A stretch of 64,000 nucleotides of DNA from Cetorhinus maximus (taxonomy: Eukaryota): NCBI RefSeq assembly GCF_964194155.1, contig NC_135913.1:9486001-9550000 (forward strand). The letters are read 5' to 3'. The notes under the pieces were generated by a model, which was not told the DNA's origin, ran no database searches, and was given only the letters and a program-made list of their open reading frames with translations. Both the position numbers and the translations under genes were made by a program. Positions 62,503-64,000 of this stretch are shown piece by piece (the first letter of the stretch is position 1; each line of letters opens with the position of its first letter).

Positions 62503-62670
62503 TCTATGTTATAACCGTCTCACTGATTCTTGTGTCGAGGATCTCGCCTCCGCTCTCAGGACAAACCGGTCACTGACGGATCTGAACCTGGGAGTAAACT
62601 CCTTCACAGACCAATCTGTCCCCGCTCTCCGCCGCCTCATCCTGACCTGCAGGACTCTGAATCTGATCCA
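62503..62670 (+). CDS. NLRP-type LRR exon (168 bp, phase 2-2, C-terminal type)
   Basis: ttAG|T LCYNRLTDSCVEDLASALRTNRSLTDLNLGVNSFTDQSVPALRRLILTCRTLNLI |GTGAGT. Confidence 0.92.
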
Positions 62671-63046
62671 GTGAGTGTTTGTGTTAATTTTTAGTGTAAT
62701 AATTAAAATATAAATGGGATTTAAAATATAAATGGTCCTGAATCTATCAAACAGCAGCAATGAAAAGCGGATTGCCGCTGCTCGACAAGATTCTCCCAAA
62801 CTGAAACTGCTTCATTTTCCTCCCGTGACCTTCAGCAGTATCCCCTCCCCCGGGAGCTCCATCCGAGCAGAGTCTAGTCGGGTCGGGGAGAGTGGTGGTG
62901 TCGGCGGGGTCGGATGGGGGGTTAATGCGGTCAGGTTGACGGCTAATGGGGGTGGGTCAGCGGCGTTGTTGGGTCGGGCTGTAAAGCCGGGGGTTTAGTC
63001 AGATTTGGTCAAGGAGAGAGCTGGGAGGGTCAGGAGGTAGACGGGT

Positions 63047-64000
63047 TGGTGGGGGTGGTTGGAGGGGTTAATCGGGTAGTTTGGGTGTAGTATGATTGCC
63101 AGTGGGTGGGTGGGGGTGATTGGAGGGGTTAATCGGGTAGTGTGGGTGTAGTATGATGGTCAGTGGGAGTTGGGGGTGGTTGGAGGGGTTAATCAGGTAG
63201 TGTGGGTGTAGTATGATGGCCAATGGGGGGGTGGGGGTGGTTGGACGGGTTAATCGGGTAGTGTGGGTGTTGTATGATGGTCAGTGGGAGGGTCGGGGCG
63301 GTTGGAGCGGTCAATCGGGTAGTGTGGGTGTAGTATGATGGTCAGTGGGGGGGTGGGGGTGGTTGGAGGGATTAATCGGGTAGTGTGGGTGTAGTATGAT
63401 GGTCAGTGGGGGGGGTGGGGGTGGGTGGAGGGGTGAATCAGGTAGTGTGGGTGTAGTATGATGGTCGGTGGGGGTGGTTGGAGGGGTTAATCAGGTAGTG
63501 TGGGTGTAGTATGATGGTCAGTGGGGGGTTCGGGTGGTTGGAGTGGTTAATCGGGTAGTGTGGGTGTAGTATGATGGTCAGTGGGGGGTGGGGGTGTTTG
63601 GAGGGATTAATCGGGTAGTGTGGGTGTAGTATGATGGTCAGTGGGGGGTGGGGGTGGTTGGAGGGATTAATCGGGTAGTGTGGGTGTAGTATGATGGTCA
63701 GTGGGGAGTGGGGGTGGTTGGAGGGATTAATCGGGTAGTGTGGGTGTAGTATGATGGTCAGTGGGGGGTGGGGGTGGTTGGAGGGCTTAATCGGGTAGTG
63801 TGGGTGTAGTATGATGGTCAGTGGGGGGTGGGGGTGGTTGGAGGGGTTAATCGGGTAGTGTGGGTGTAGTATGATGGTCAGTGGGGGGTGGGGGTGGTTG
63901 GAGGGATTAATCGGGTAGTGTGGGTGTAGTATGATGGTCAGTGGGGGGGTGGGGGTGGGTGGAGGGGTGAATCAGGTAGTGTGGGTGTAGTATGATGGTC
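63047..64000. repeat. 60-bp G-rich minisatellite, running off the window end
   Basis: (GGTTGGAGGGATTAATCGGGTAGTGTGGGTGTAGTATGATGGTCAGTGGGGGGTGGGGGT)n, about 16 copies. Confidence 0.97.

Overview
Vertebrate DNA, almost certainly from a cartilaginous fish (shark-type LINE/SINE/Penelope repeats, GPR139-like GPCRs, NLR-type LRR exons); the taxon is inferred. Two divergently oriented two-exon GPR139-like GPCR paralogues are present. One is intact (minus strand, join 5542-5473 and 3486-2582, 324 aa); the other (plus strand, 42258-42321 and 43172-44106) carries a single Trp-to-TGA stop. Between them lies a decayed, duplicated and partly inverted tRNA cluster (relics of Lys-TTT x4, Thr-AGT x6, Ser x1, Val x1), a histone H3 3' fragment with an intact stem-loop, and a 3.4-kb 32-bp minisatellite. 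The right third holds phase-2 LRR exons of an NLRP/ribonuclease-inhibitor-like gene with no NACHT exon in the window. These exons are interrupted by stacked CR1 LINEs, an assembly gap, two oppositely oriented related satellites and a local duplication. Penelope-derived hammerhead-ribozyme motifs, PIF/Harbinger remnants and a probable solo LTR are scattered throughout. All alignments were done by eye, so repeat boundaries are approximate.
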